Assembly: GCF_965249915.1 (NCBI RefSeq)
Contig: NZ_OZ252257.1
Coordinates: forward strand, 4,850,276-4,914,275
Length of the DNA stretch: 64,000 bases
Direction: 5' to 3'
DNA from: Reyranella sp.
GTDB taxonomy: Bacteria > Pseudomonadota > Alphaproteobacteria > Reyranellales > Reyranellaceae
Under the pieces are notes generated by a model. The model saw nothing but the letters and a program-made list of their open reading frames with translations, did not search any database and was not told the origin of the DNA. Positions 55,281-64,000 of the stretch are shown one piece after another (position 1 is the first letter of the stretch; every line of letters begins with the position of its first letter). The translations under genes and the position numbers were made by a program.

Positions 55281-56705
55281 ATGAGCGCCACGCTCACCCC
55301 CGACGTCTGCATCGTCGGCGGCGGCTCGGCCGGCCTCGTTGTGGCGGCCGGCGCCGCTCAGCTGGGCCTCGACGTCGTGCTGGTGGAGCGCGCGCTGATG
55401 GGCGGCGACTGCCTCAACTTCGGCTGCGTGCCCTCGAAGGCGCTGATCGCGGCGGCCAGGGTGGCGCAGGCGCAGCGCAGCGGCGCGGCCTTCGGCATCG
55501 CGCCGGTCGAACCCGCCATCGACTTCGGCAAGGTGATGGACCATGTCGCCGGCGTGATCGCTTCCCTTGCGCCCAACGATTCGGTCGAGCGCTTCGAGAA
55601 GCTCGGCGTCCGCGTCCTGGCGGAGGAGGCGCGCTTCACCGGCCGCACCGAGCTGCAGGCGGGCAGCCATCGCATCCGCAGCAAGCGCATCGTGCTGGCG
55701 ACCGGCTCCCGACCCACCGTGCCGCCCGTGCCGGGCCTCACCGAGGTGCCGCACTTCACCAACGAGACGATCTTCGCCAACCGTATCCTGCCGTCGCATC
55801 TCGTGGTGCTGGGCGGCGGCCCGATCGGGCTCGAGATGGCGCAGGCCTTCCGCCGGCTGGGTGCGCGGGTCACCGTGCTGGAAGCGGCGACCTGTCTTGC
55901 CAAGGACGATCCCGAACTCGCTGCGATCGTCGTCGCGCGCCTGCGCCGCGAAGGCGTGGAGCTGCACGAGCGGACGCGGGTGGCGAGGATCGAGCGCACC
56001 GCGGGCGGCATCGCGGCCGTGCTCGAGCAGGGCGGCCGCATCGAGGGCTCGCACCTTCTGGTCGCCACGGGGCGCACGCCGACGACCGACGGGCTGGACC
56101 TCGACAGAGCCGGCGTGGCTCACGACAGGCACGGGATCACGGTCGACGACTCCCTGCGCACCTCCAATCGCAACGTCTGGGCGATCGGCGACTGCAACGG
56201 CCGCTATGCCTTCACCCACATGGCGGGCCACGAGGCCTCGCTGTTCATCCGCGGCGCCCTGTTCCGCGCGCCGGCGAAGCTCGATCCTTCGATCGTGCCG
56301 TGGGCGACCTACACGGATCCCGAACTGGCGCAGGTCGGCCTCAACGAGCGCGATGCGCGCGCGCGCCATGGCGGCGACGTGAAGATCCTGCGCTGGAAAT
56401 TCGCCGAGAACGATCGGGCGCAAACCGAACGCGACACCGACGGGCTGGTGAAGGTCGTCACCGACCGGCGCGGCCGCGTCCTGGGCGCCGGCATTGCCGG
56501 GCCGCAGGCCGGGGAGCTGATCCAGAGCTGGTGCCTGGCCCTCGCCGGCCGCCTCAAGGTCTCGACCCTGGCGAGCTTCGTGCCGCCCTATCCGACGCTG
56601 GGCGAGACCGCCAAGCGGGCGGCCGGAAGCTACTACACCGAAACCCTGTTCGCCCCGCGCACGCAGCGCCTCGTGCGGTTTCTCGCGCGACTGCCGGTCT
56701 GGTAG
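55281..56705 (+). CDS. FAD-dependent pyridine nucleotide-disulfide oxidoreductase (dihydrolipoyl dehydrogenase / mercuric reductase-like)
   Basis: ATG 55281. GGGSAG FAD motif, redox-active GGDCLNFGCVPSK and a C-terminal dimerisation domain. Confidence 0.88.
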   Translation: MSATLTPDVCIVGGGSAGLVVAAGAAQLGLDVVLVERALMGGDCLNFGCVPSKALIAAARVAQAQRSGAAFGIAPVEPAIDFGKVMDHVAGVIASLAPNDSVERFEKLGVRVLAEEARFTGRTELQAGSHRIRSKRIVLATGSRPTVPPVPGLTEVPHFTNETIFANRILPSHLVVLGGGPIGLEMAQAFRRLGARVTVLEAATCLAKDDPELAAIVVARLRREGVELHERTRVARIERTAGGIAAVLEQGGRIEGSHLLVATGRTPTTDGLDLDRAGVAHDRHGITVDDSLRTSNRNVWAIGDCNGRYAFTHMAGHEASLFIRGALFRAPAKLDPSIVPWATYTDPELAQVGLNERDARARHGGDVKILRWKFAENDRAQTERDTDGLVKVVTDRRGRVLGAGIAGPQAGELIQSWCLALAGRLKVSTLASFVPPYPTLGETAKRAAGSYYTETLFAPRTQRLVRFLARLPVW

Positions 56706-56714
56706 AAGCGTCCG

Positions 56715-58145
56715 ATGAGCGCCGAGGTCACCGTTCCGGCCGAGACCGCCCGCCCCGCGCGAAGGCGGACCACGACCTTCGGCCTGTCGTGGCGCATTCT
56801 CGGGCTCGTGATCGTCGCCGTGATGACGGCTGAGGTCGCGATCTTCCTGCCCTCGATCGCCCGCTTCAGGCTGGTCTATCTCGAACAGCTGATCGAGAGC
56901 GGCACGCTGGCCGCCCTCGCCCTCGACGCCACCCCCGACAACATGGTGACGGAGCAGGTCAAGGCTTCGCTGCTCGCCCACGCGCGCGTGGAGGCGGTCG
57001 TGCTGCTCGAGCCCAACAAGCCCAAGCGCGCCTTGATGAACATCGAGCCGCGCCCCGAGATGCAGGGCTTCAACCTGAAGGACAGTGGGGCGCTCGGGCT
57101 GATCCTCGATGCGCTGGAAGCGATGGCTCGGGACGGCTCGCATCTCATCCGCGTCGGCGGCGAGTCGGTTCGGCTGCCCGGCGCCATGGTCTGGATCGTC
57201 CTCGACGAGCAGCCGATGCGGGCGGCCATGTACGGCTACACGAGCCGTATCCTGATCCTGTCGATCATCGTCGCGCTGTTCACCGCCTCGCTGCTCTATC
57301 TGGCCCTGCGCTGGCTGGTCGTGCGGCCGCTGCAGGATCTGTCGACGGCGATGGTTGCCTTTCGTCGCGCACCGGAAGAAGGCGGGACCGAACGCGCCCC
57401 GGTGCGGCGCAACGACGAGATCGGCGTGGTCGATCGCGAGTTCCAGATCCTGCAACGCGAGCTGCGCGCTTCGCTGCGCCAGAAATCGCGCCTTGCAGAG
57501 GTCGGCGCGGCGACCAACAAGATCAACCACGACCTGCGCAACATGCTCTCGACCGCGCGCCTGCTGTCGGATCGCCTGGCGCGCAGCGACGACGAGCGCA
57601 CGCGCGCGCTCGCGCCGACCATCCTCAATACCATCGACCGCGCCGCGCGCCTGGCCAGCGATGCCATCGAATACGTCCGCGAGAAACCGTCGCCGCGGCT
57701 GGCCGAGGTCGATCTCGCCGACCTCGTCGACGAGGTCGGGATCGCGCTGCAGGAGCAGGGTGAGGACAAGGATCCCAACCTGCTGCGCAGCTGGGCCAAC
57801 GAGATCGGCGACGGCGGCATCGTGCGCTGCGACCGCGACCTGCTCTACCGGGTGTTCATCAATCTCGGACGCAACGCCTTCGAGGCCGGTGCGACGACGG
57901 TCACCATCCGCACCCGGCGCAGCGGGGGCTTCCTGCTGATCGAGGTCGCGGACAACGGGCCCGGCGTCCCCGCCGCGGTCGCCCGACAGCTGTTCCGGCC
58001 CTTCACCACCGGTGGCCGCCAGGGCGGTACCGGCCTCGGCCTGGCCATCGCCCGCGACCTGGTGCGCCTGCACGGCGGCGACATCACCCTGCTCGAATCC
58101 AACGCGCAGGGTACGCTGTTCGGCTTCACCCTGCCGATTGCCTGA
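56715..58145 (+). CDS. sensor histidine kinase
   Basis: 476-aa ORF with two TM helices, HAMP-like linker, H-box (INHDLRNML), N box (INLGRNAFEA) and G boxes (DNGPG, GGTGLGL). No response regulator is adjacent. Confidence 0.88.
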   Translation: MSAEVTVPAETARPARRRTTTFGLSWRILGLVIVAVMTAEVAIFLPSIARFRLVYLEQLIESGTLAALALDATPDNMVTEQVKASLLAHARVEAVVLLEPNKPKRALMNIEPRPEMQGFNLKDSGALGLILDALEAMARDGSHLIRVGGESVRLPGAMVWIVLDEQPMRAAMYGYTSRILILSIIVALFTASLLYLALRWLVVRPLQDLSTAMVAFRRAPEEGGTERAPVRRNDEIGVVDREFQILQRELRASLRQKSRLAEVGAATNKINHDLRNMLSTARLLSDRLARSDDERTRALAPTILNTIDRAARLASDAIEYVREKPSPRLAEVDLADLVDEVGIALQEQGEDKDPNLLRSWANEIGDGGIVRCDRDLLYRVFINLGRNAFEAGATTVTIRTRRSGGFLLIEVADNGPGVPAAVARQLFRPFTTGGRQGGTGLGLAIARDLVRLHGGDITLLESNAQGTLFGFTLPIA

Positions 58146-58151
58146 CGCCTT

Positions 58152-58904
58152 TCAGTACCCCTCGCTCTTCAGCAGGGCGAGGAAGGCGCGCACGCGGTCG
58201 ACGTTGCCGCCGAGATCGGCGTCCCCGATGCGGCTCTTCGAACGGATGTCGATCCGGCTGCCGGTCCCCTGGGGGCGGATGCGGACGACGATGTCGTCGC
58301 GAAAGCCGAACCACGGGCTGGTCACGATGGCTTCGAGGCGACCTTCCGCCGGCACCCGCGCCACGATCTCCCAGTTGAGGGCGGTGGCCACGCGCTCGAC
58401 ACGCTTGAAGGCCTCGGCCGGCGGCACGGCCAGCATGACGGGTTCGATGTCCGGGAAGGCGGCACGCTGGAGGGCGGCGTTCTCCTTCGGATAGGCCAGC
58501 GGATTGGGCGCCCCGCGCCGCAGTTGCACCGTCGCCACGAGCGGCGGCGGATTGGCCGTGTCGGTCGTGATGTCGTTGATCGCGGGCCGCTGCTGCGCCT
58601 GCAGGAACCAGTGCAGCGGCACCCACGCGCCCGCGCCGCCGATCACGATGGCGAGGAAGGCCGCGACGCTGCCACGGCGCCGGTCACCGGGTCGGGCGGG
58701 AAGGATGGTCGCGAGGCCCAGCGCGACGCCGGCCACCGTGAGATAGAAGCCGTAGCGGAAGACGGCGATGGCCGCCTCGATGTCCAGTCCGAGATAGCGA
58801 TGCAGCGGCCCGGAAACGGCTACGATCAGCGACCCGACGGTCGCTAAGATGAAGGCGATACGCGCCAGTCGATGACTGATCGGATTGGTCGGCCTAACGA
58901 ACAT
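58152..58904 (-). CDS. DUF1499 domain-containing membrane protein
   Basis: ATG 58904. N-terminal TM helices and a C-terminal DUF1499-like segment (WFGFRDDIVVRI...IDIRSKSRIGDADLGGN..R). Confidence 0.75.
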   Translation of the reverse strand: MFVRPTNPISHRLARIAFILATVGSLIVAVSGPLHRYLGLDIEAAIAVFRYGFYLTVAGVALGLATILPARPGDRRRGSVAAFLAIVIGGAGAWVPLHWFLQAQQRPAINDITTDTANPPPLVATVQLRRGAPNPLAYPKENAALQRAAFPDIEPVMLAVPPAEAFKRVERVATALNWEIVARVPAEGRLEAIVTSPWFGFRDDIVVRIRPQGTGSRIDIRSKSRIGDADLGGNVDRVRAFLALLKSEGY

Positions 58905-58992
58905 CCAGGCTCCACTGCAATCGCATCGTAACCGTGAATCGAAACTCGCGCATCCGCTCGACAATCCCCGCTTCATTCTCTATGCGGCCACA

Positions 58993-59874
58993 ATGACCAC
59001 AGCCGACACCGTCCAACGCCGCGCCATGGCGGCGGGCCTGATCTCGATCTGCCTGTGGAGCTCGCTCGCTCTTCTATCGGTTTCGGCCGGACCGATCCCG
59101 CCCTTCCAGATGGTCGCGATGACCTTTGCCATCGGCGCCGCCATCGGCATCGTCCGCGCCCGGACCAACGGGGTCGGCTGGGCCGGCCTGGTGGGCTGGC
59201 CGGCACGCGTCTGGCTGCTCGGTATCGGCGGCCTGTTCGGCTACCACGCCCTCTACTTCGCGGCCCTTCAGCTCGCCCCGCCGGCCGAGGCCAACCTGAT
59301 CAACTACCTGTGGCCGCTGCTGATCGTGCTGCTCTCGGCACCGCTGGCCGGCGAGCGGCTGGGCTGGCCGCACCTCGCGGGCGCGGCGCTGGGCTTTGCG
59401 GGAGTCGTGCTGCTGGCCTTCGGCCGCGGACTGAACTTCGCCGACAATCATGCGCTGGGCTATCTGCTGGCACTGGGCTGCGCCTTTGCCTGGTCGATCT
59501 ATTCCGTGCTATCGCGCCGCTTCGGGGAGACGCCGACCGACGCCATCGCCGCCTTCTGCGCCGCCTCGGCCCTGCTCTCGCTCGTCTGTCATCTCGCGTT
59601 CGAGCACACCGTGTGGCCCGCCAGCGGCACGGCCTGGCTCGCGGTCCTGGCGCTGGGCCTCGGCCCGGCCGGATCGGCCTTCTATTTCTGGGATCACGCC
59701 GTGAAGCGCGGCGACATCCGCGCGCTGGGAGCGATCTCCTATGCGACGCCCATCCTCTCGACCGCCATCCTGGTGCTGTTCGGGCTGGCCGAGCCGACCG
59801 GCACGCTGATCGCCGCGGCCCTGCTGGTCACCTTCGGCGCCGTGCTCGCCTCGCGCGAACTGTGGAAGCGTTGA
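58993..59874 (+). CDS. EamA/DMT family transporter
   Basis: ATG 58993. About 10 TM helices in two EamA-like halves. Confidence 0.85.
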   Translation: MTTADTVQRRAMAAGLISICLWSSLALLSVSAGPIPPFQMVAMTFAIGAAIGIVRARTNGVGWAGLVGWPARVWLLGIGGLFGYHALYFAALQLAPPAEANLINYLWPLLIVLLSAPLAGERLGWPHLAGAALGFAGVVLLAFGRGLNFADNHALGYLLALGCAFAWSIYSVLSRRFGETPTDAIAAFCAASALLSLVCHLAFEHTVWPASGTAWLAVLALGLGPAGSAFYFWDHAVKRGDIRALGAISYATPILSTAILVLFGLAEPTGTLIAAALLVTFGAVLASRELWKR

Positions 59875-59935
59875 TGCCTGACATTATTTAGGAAGCACAC
59901 CTTAGGCGGGCCTCAGGATTCGCCTCCGGAGGCTG

Positions 59936-59944
59936 TGATATAAT
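59936..59944 (+). promoter_or_regulatory. perfect extended -10 promoter element (TGaTATAAT)
   Basis: tgatataat ends 6 nt before the ATG at 59951 and no Shine-Dalgarno is possible in the gap. This implies a leaderless or near-leaderless mRNA. Confidence 0.45.
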
Positions 59945-59950
59945 CGCCGG

Positions 59951-60748
59951 ATGCGGGGGCGCCTTCCATTCGGAACAATCATTTCCATTTTTATCGGGTT
60001 GGCCGGCGTGGGGGCGCCTTTGACGTTCCCCGGCCCGGAAAACCAGTGGCTTTGGCATACCCTAACCATCGGAGGGCTTGCGGGAACGGTCTTCTTCATC
60101 GTCTGGGGTGCTGTTGATCGGTATAATGATCACAGAGAAGCTCAGAAAAGGCCGAGGCTAAAATTGGAGCCATCGCACTTGATTTGGGTCGGCATGATTG
60201 GAGCACTGTGTTCCGTGTTGACCTTGGCTGTTGGCGTAATTTGGCAGACGCGGCAGCCTTTCTCGGCCACGCCAACTCAACCTTTGACTGGCGCTTTCAC
60301 GGCTGAGGTTCCGAAGGGGCCTGGCGCCAGAGAGTGCTTTTCAGATGGCCTCAAAGAACTTCGAGGCATGCTAGCAGTGATGCGACAAGTCACGGCGCCT
60401 AATCAGAGCCACTCGCCTGAACAGCTTAATGCGTTTCTTGAAGCCTCAAGAGAAGTCCATGACAAGCTGACCGGCCCGGGCGAGGGGCCATTCTTTTCGA
60501 GGCGTCCAGAGTGCAAATCTTACTTGCAACGGTTGTTCCCCAACAACACGCAAGCGACATGGAATGACTTTAACTCGGGTCTCTATCACTACCTGAATGC
60601 ATTGAAGCTAGAGGGAAGTGAAGGGGCTGCAGACAAGACCCGCGATCTAATCCAGACTAAGATTCTCAACCCATCCAACAACGCTCTGCGAGCGACTATT
60701 GAGGAAATCACGGCACGCTTAAAGGCTACCGATGACGCGATGCAATGA
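59951..60748 (+). CDS. hypothetical membrane protein (orphan, in lower-GC islet)
   Basis: 265-aa ORF with three predicted TM helices and a helical soluble C-terminal part. No family recognised. A/T-richer codon usage than its neighbours. Confidence 0.6.
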   Translation: MRGRLPFGTIISIFIGLAGVGAPLTFPGPENQWLWHTLTIGGLAGTVFFIVWGAVDRYNDHREAQKRPRLKLEPSHLIWVGMIGALCSVLTLAVGVIWQTRQPFSATPTQPLTGAFTAEVPKGPGARECFSDGLKELRGMLAVMRQVTAPNQSHSPEQLNAFLEASREVHDKLTGPGEGPFFSRRPECKSYLQRLFPNNTQATWNDFNSGLYHYLNALKLEGSEGAADKTRDLIQTKILNPSNNALRATIEEITARLKATDDAMQ

Positions 60749-61083
60749 GGGTCGCTAGGTAGAGGGAATGTAAATGTGCAACCTCCCACACCAACTGGTC
60801 GCCCAACACGGACGCGACAATGATATCGACGCCACAAAAGTTCAGCACAACGGGCGTTTCATCGGAAAGGCTGAGGAATTGGCTCGGCGCCGCAGCGGGC
60901 ACGCGCTGCTCTAGCGCAACCACAGACTCGCATTAACAGGCTGTTGAAAGTCGAGACCCGGCCGATGCAAGGAAACAATCGAATCGGAGAATTGACGGTC
61001 CTGATTAGATCTTATGCTGAAGCTGCTGCCGGCCAATCAAAGTTGCTCGCCAGCGCTCTTCAAAAACCTATTTCAACAGCCTG

Positions 61084-61506
61084 CTAGACTCCCGGCTCCC
61101 AGCCGGGCGGGGCGAGCTCGAAGCCGGCGAAGTCGAAGGCCGGAGCCACGGTGCAGCCGACCAGCGTCCAGTGCCCGAGCGAGCGGGCCGCCTGCCAGAC
61201 CCCGCGGGGCACGACGATCTGCGGCGTCTCGCCCAGGCCGAAGTCGGAGCCGAGGCGCAGGTGGCGCGATGCGCGACCGTCGTCGCTCATCGAGAGTTCG
61301 AGCGGTGCGCCGTCATAGTGATGCCAGACCTCGTCGGCATCGACCCGGTGCCAATGCGAGCGCTCGCCGGCCTTCAGCAGGAAGAAGATCGCGGTGCTGG
61401 CGCCGCGACCGTCCTTGCCGCCGGGTGCGCGGAACGTCTCGCGATAGTGGCCGCCCTCGGGATGCGGCTGCAGGCCGAGGCGGGCGATGATCTCGTCAGC
61501 GGTCAT
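61084..61506 (-). CDS. cupin domain protein (DUF985 family)
   Basis: ATG 61506. ...LGLQPHPEGGHYRETF...S.IFFLL..GE.S.WHRV.ADEVWH...G. Confidence 0.85.
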   Translation of the reverse strand: MTADEIIARLGLQPHPEGGHYRETFRAPGGKDGRGASTAIFFLLKAGERSHWHRVDADEVWHHYDGAPLELSMSDDGRASRHLRLGSDFGLGETPQIVVPRGVWQAARSLGHWTLVGCTVAPAFDFAGFELAPPGWEPGV

Positions 61507-61511
61507 TACGA

Positions 61512-62132
61512 TCAGGCCGGCGGCGGGACCGTGGCCTTCATCGACGGCGTCTTGGCGAAGGCGGTGAACCACTTGGCGAGCTTCGGCCGCTTCGCGCGCC
61601 AGTCGTGATGACCGAAGCGGAAGTCGAGATAACCCAGCGCGCAGCCGATCGAGACGGTGCCGATCGTGGGCTTGCCCTTGAGCGCCTTGGATTCGGCTTC
61701 GAGCTGGTCGAGCACGCCGTCGATCTTCTTCATCTGGCCCTTCGACCAGTCGGGCCAGCGCTTCTCCTCGGGCCGCAGGAAGCCCTCGTAGCGGGCGAGC
61801 AGCGCGGCATCGAGCAGGCCGTCGGCCATGGCCTGCTGACGCAGCGCCATCCAGCGTTCGCGGCCCTTGCGCGGGAACAGCTTGCGACCCTTGTGCTGGC
61901 TGTCGAGGTACTCGCAGATCACCGGCGAGTCGAAGAGGTCCAGGTTCTTGGTCGAGAGCGCCGGGATCTTGCCGATCGGATTGTGCTTGTCGACGTCGGC
62001 ATTGGGCGCGACCGGCGTCAGGGCCACGTTCACCATGTCCATCTTCTTGTCGAGACCGGTCTCGATCGCCAGCACCCTGACCTTGCGGGCATAGGGCGAC
62101 GCCGGCGAGTAATAGAGCTTCATCTTGGCCAT
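61512..62132 (-). CDS. glutathione S-transferase
   Basis: 206-aa ORF MKLYYSPASPYARKVRV...NPIGKIPAL...L.DS.VICEYLD. It lies 5 nt upstream of the cupin gene. Confidence 0.88.
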   Translation of the reverse strand: MAKMKLYYSPASPYARKVRVLAIETGLDKKMDMVNVALTPVAPNADVDKHNPIGKIPALSTKNLDLFDSPVICEYLDSQHKGRKLFPRKGRERWMALRQQAMADGLLDAALLARYEGFLRPEEKRWPDWSKGQMKKIDGVLDQLEAESKALKGKPTIGTVSIGCALGYLDFRFGHHDWRAKRPKLAKWFTAFAKTPSMKATVPPPA

Positions 62133-62163
62133 GGTCGGTCTCTCCTGTCGGCTTCCGGTCGCG

Positions 62164-63267
62164 TCAGGCGCCGGCCATCTGCGGGATATCCGTATCGTTC
62201 AAACGCACCTTCCGGGCGGTATCGACGAGCTGCTGCCAGGTGGTCGTGTCGATCGGCACGCCATTCTTCTCGCGATCGAGCTTGCGCGCCCGCTCGGGCT
62301 CGCCCGGCACCAGCACCTCGGCGACGCCGGGCTGCGGCTTGGCGGACTTCACCCAGTCGATGAAGGTGTCGACCTCGTCCTCGAAGAAGGCGGTGCCGCC
62401 CATCGCGTCGGGATCGATGATGATCGACAGCATGTTGTTGATGATGTCGGTGCCGTTCTTCTTGATCGTGCGCGGGCTGTGCGTACGGCCGCCGGTCAGC
62501 GCGCCGGCCAGCAGGTCGCAGATCACGGCGAGGCCGCCGCCCTTGTGCAGGCCGAACGGCAGGATGGCGCCATAAGGAGCGTTGTACATCACGCCCGGCT
62601 CGGTGGTGGCGTTGCCGCCGGCATCGATCAGGAGGCCTTCCTCCATCTGGATCTTCTTGTTGTTGGCGACCCGCACCTTGCCCATCGCCACTTGGCTGGT
62701 CGCGAAGTCGAGCACGATCGGCTCCTGGCCCTTGCGCGGAATGGCCGTGCAGTAGGGGTTGGTCGTGAAGCGCGCCTCGGCGCCGCCGAACGGCGCGACC
62801 AGCGACTTGTGGCCGTGCACGTTCACCCAGTGCGTGCTCACCATGCCGGCGCGCGCGCACTGCTCACCCCAGTGGCCGATCCGGCCGATGTGATGGGAGT
62901 TCTTGAGGCCGACGACGCAGACACCGTGCTTCTTCGCCCGCTCGATGCCGATGTCCATCGCCTCCTTGGCGATGACCTGGCCGTAGCCCGCGCCGCCCTC
63001 GACCACGATCACCGCACCATTGTCGCGATCGATCGTGGCGTGATGGTTGCGCTTGCAGGCACCGTTGAGGGTGTTCTGGATATAGGACGGCATCATGCCG
63101 ACGCCGTGGCTGTCATGGCCGTACAGATTGGCCAGCACGAGATGGTCGGCGACGAGCTTCGCCTCTGCGTCGGAGCTGCCGTCGGCCCGGCAGATCGCCA
63201 TGGTAAAGGCGTGCAGCCGGGCGGGCTCGATGCGGATTTCGCCCACGGAACCTTGCCCCTCGGCCAT
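62164..63267 (-). CDS. Ldh_2 family (malate/L-lactate/ureidoglycolate-type) dehydrogenase
   Basis: ATG 63267 preceded by ggggaga. ...GHDSHGVGMMPSYI..., HHIGRIGHW and other Ldh_2 hallmarks. Confidence 0.85.
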   Translation of the reverse strand: MAEGQGSVGEIRIEPARLHAFTMAICRADGSSDAEAKLVADHLVLANLYGHDSHGVGMMPSYIQNTLNGACKRNHHATIDRDNGAVIVVEGGAGYGQVIAKEAMDIGIERAKKHGVCVVGLKNSHHIGRIGHWGEQCARAGMVSTHWVNVHGHKSLVAPFGGAEARFTTNPYCTAIPRKGQEPIVLDFATSQVAMGKVRVANNKKIQMEEGLLIDAGGNATTEPGVMYNAPYGAILPFGLHKGGGLAVICDLLAGALTGGRTHSPRTIKKNGTDIINNMLSIIIDPDAMGGTAFFEDEVDTFIDWVKSAKPQPGVAEVLVPGEPERARKLDREKNGVPIDTTTWQQLVDTARKVRLNDTDIPQMAGA

Positions 63268-63451
63268 CTCTCGTCTCCCCTTCACATTTCGGGCGGCAAG
63301 GTTCCGCGTCGCCACGACGCTGTCAACGCCGAAGCGGCGCCCTGATTTCGCCGCTCTGGGCAGCCAGACAGTCTGCGACGTGGCTTGATCCGGGCCGCCT
63401 ATGGTAGTGACCTTGCAAAGCCCTTCGTCGTTTCCGGGATTAGCGCACCGA

Positions 63452-64000
63452 ATGCGGTCTCTCGCTCGCCTCGCATTGTTCGTGCTGCTGTTCGCAAGCG
63501 TCGCGGCTTCCGCCCAGACCGTGCCACAGCCGCAACGCCCCTTCAGCCAGCTCGTCGAGCTCTGGGGCCGTCAGCTCGACCGCATCTCGTCCCGCACCGA
63601 GCAGGCCGACCTGCTGCCGGTCGAGATCGACGGGTTGCGCGAACAGGCGACCGACGTGCGCACGGCCGCGATGGCCGCCGCCGCCTTCGCCCGCAACGAC
63701 CTTGCCGACACCAAGAAGCTCCTGGCGCCGCTCGACGTGAAGCCCGGCACCGATGCGCCGCCCGAGACCGATGCGGTGAAGGCGGAGCGCGAACGGTTGA
63801 CCGAACAGGCGACGATCGCCGAGAGCCGCGTCAAGCAATGCGAGGTGGTGATCGCCCGCGCCGACCAGCTTCTGGAGCGGCTGACCAAGGTGCGCGGCGA
63901 GCTGGTGCTGCAGACCCTGCTGCGTCGCGACCCCTCTCCGCTCTCGCCCACCGTGTGGCACAAGATCGGCCCGCAATTCGTGGCGTCGGTGAAGACGCTG
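63452..64000 (+). CDS. 5' part of a DUF3772/MscK-like mechanosensitive channel family protein (runs off window end)
   Basis: Hand translation from ATG 63452 gives signal peptide MRSLARLALFVLLFASVAASAQ followed by a long coiled-coil-like region. The frame is open to the window end and is not in the ORF track. Confidence 0.55.
   Translation, partial: MRSLARLALFVLLFASVAASAQTVPQPQRPFSQLVELWGRQLDRISSRTEQADLLPVEIDGLREQATDVRTAAMAAAAFARNDLADTKKLLAPLDVKPGTDAPPETDAVKAERERLTEQATIAESRVKQCEVVIARADQLLERLTKVRGELVLQTLLRRDPSPLSPTVWHKIGPQFVASVKTL

Noticed and set aside
55179-58073. 964-aa ORF on the minus strand
   Set aside because: It is antisense to the well-supported oxidoreductase and histidine kinase genes. 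It shows no recognisable motifs and is a high-GC shadow ORF.
60726-60923. 65-aa minus-strand ORF in the lower-GC islet, possibly a gene fragment
   Set aside because: It has a GTG start without an RBS, overlaps the 3' end of the 265-aa ORF, and I could recognise no family. It might be a remnant of a degraded gene, but this cannot be supported.
59875-61083. tRNA gene, integrase or att-like direct repeats bordering the lower-GC islet
   Set aside because: No tRNA-like sequence, recombinase ORF or flanking direct repeat longer than about 5 nt could be found by eye. A classical genomic-island interpretation is therefore not supported.

Overview
High-GC, densely coding chromosomal segment. Gene content and repeat type suggest an alphaproteobacterium of the Rhizobiales/Hyphomicrobiales (inference). 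Most of it is ordinary core and transport or catabolic DNA:
- grpE-dnaK-dnaJ
- a five-gene peptide-type ABC importer placed divergently from an amidase module that carries a second, paralogous binding protein
- dapB, nth, dapD, def and argB
- the rpmH-rnpA-yidD-yidC-engB cluster
- a DeoR-regulated ABC importer with a GpdQ-like phosphodiesterase
- assorted regulators (LysR, MarR, GntR, DeoR), GSTs, peptidases and small DUF proteins

No rRNA, tRNA or CRISPR array was recognised.

The most interesting content is non-genic. Two related families of dispersed palindromic REP-like elements are present (REP1, about 135 bp, 5 copies; REP2, about 100 bp, 3 copies). Two intact but unrelated IS110-family insertion sequences are each inserted precisely into a REP1 copy.
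- One IS has a 185-nt non-coding end 5' of its recombinase gene.
- The other has a 361-nt non-coding end 3' of its recombinase gene.
- These are the positions where IS110/IS1111 elements encode bridge/seek guide RNAs.
- Both regions contain short matches to their own target or end sequences.

Secondary curiosities:
- a small lower-GC islet carrying an orphan membrane protein behind a perfect extended -10 (probably leaderless)
- a signal-less GH64-like orphan protein
- a metallophosphoesterase-fold protein with all metal-ligand motifs degenerate
- a tandem DUF1428 fusion
- an amidase with a GatC/AtzG-like mini-subunit
- several clean palindromic operator candidates

All calls come from reading the sequence and the ORF translations. 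No database searches or computations were run.
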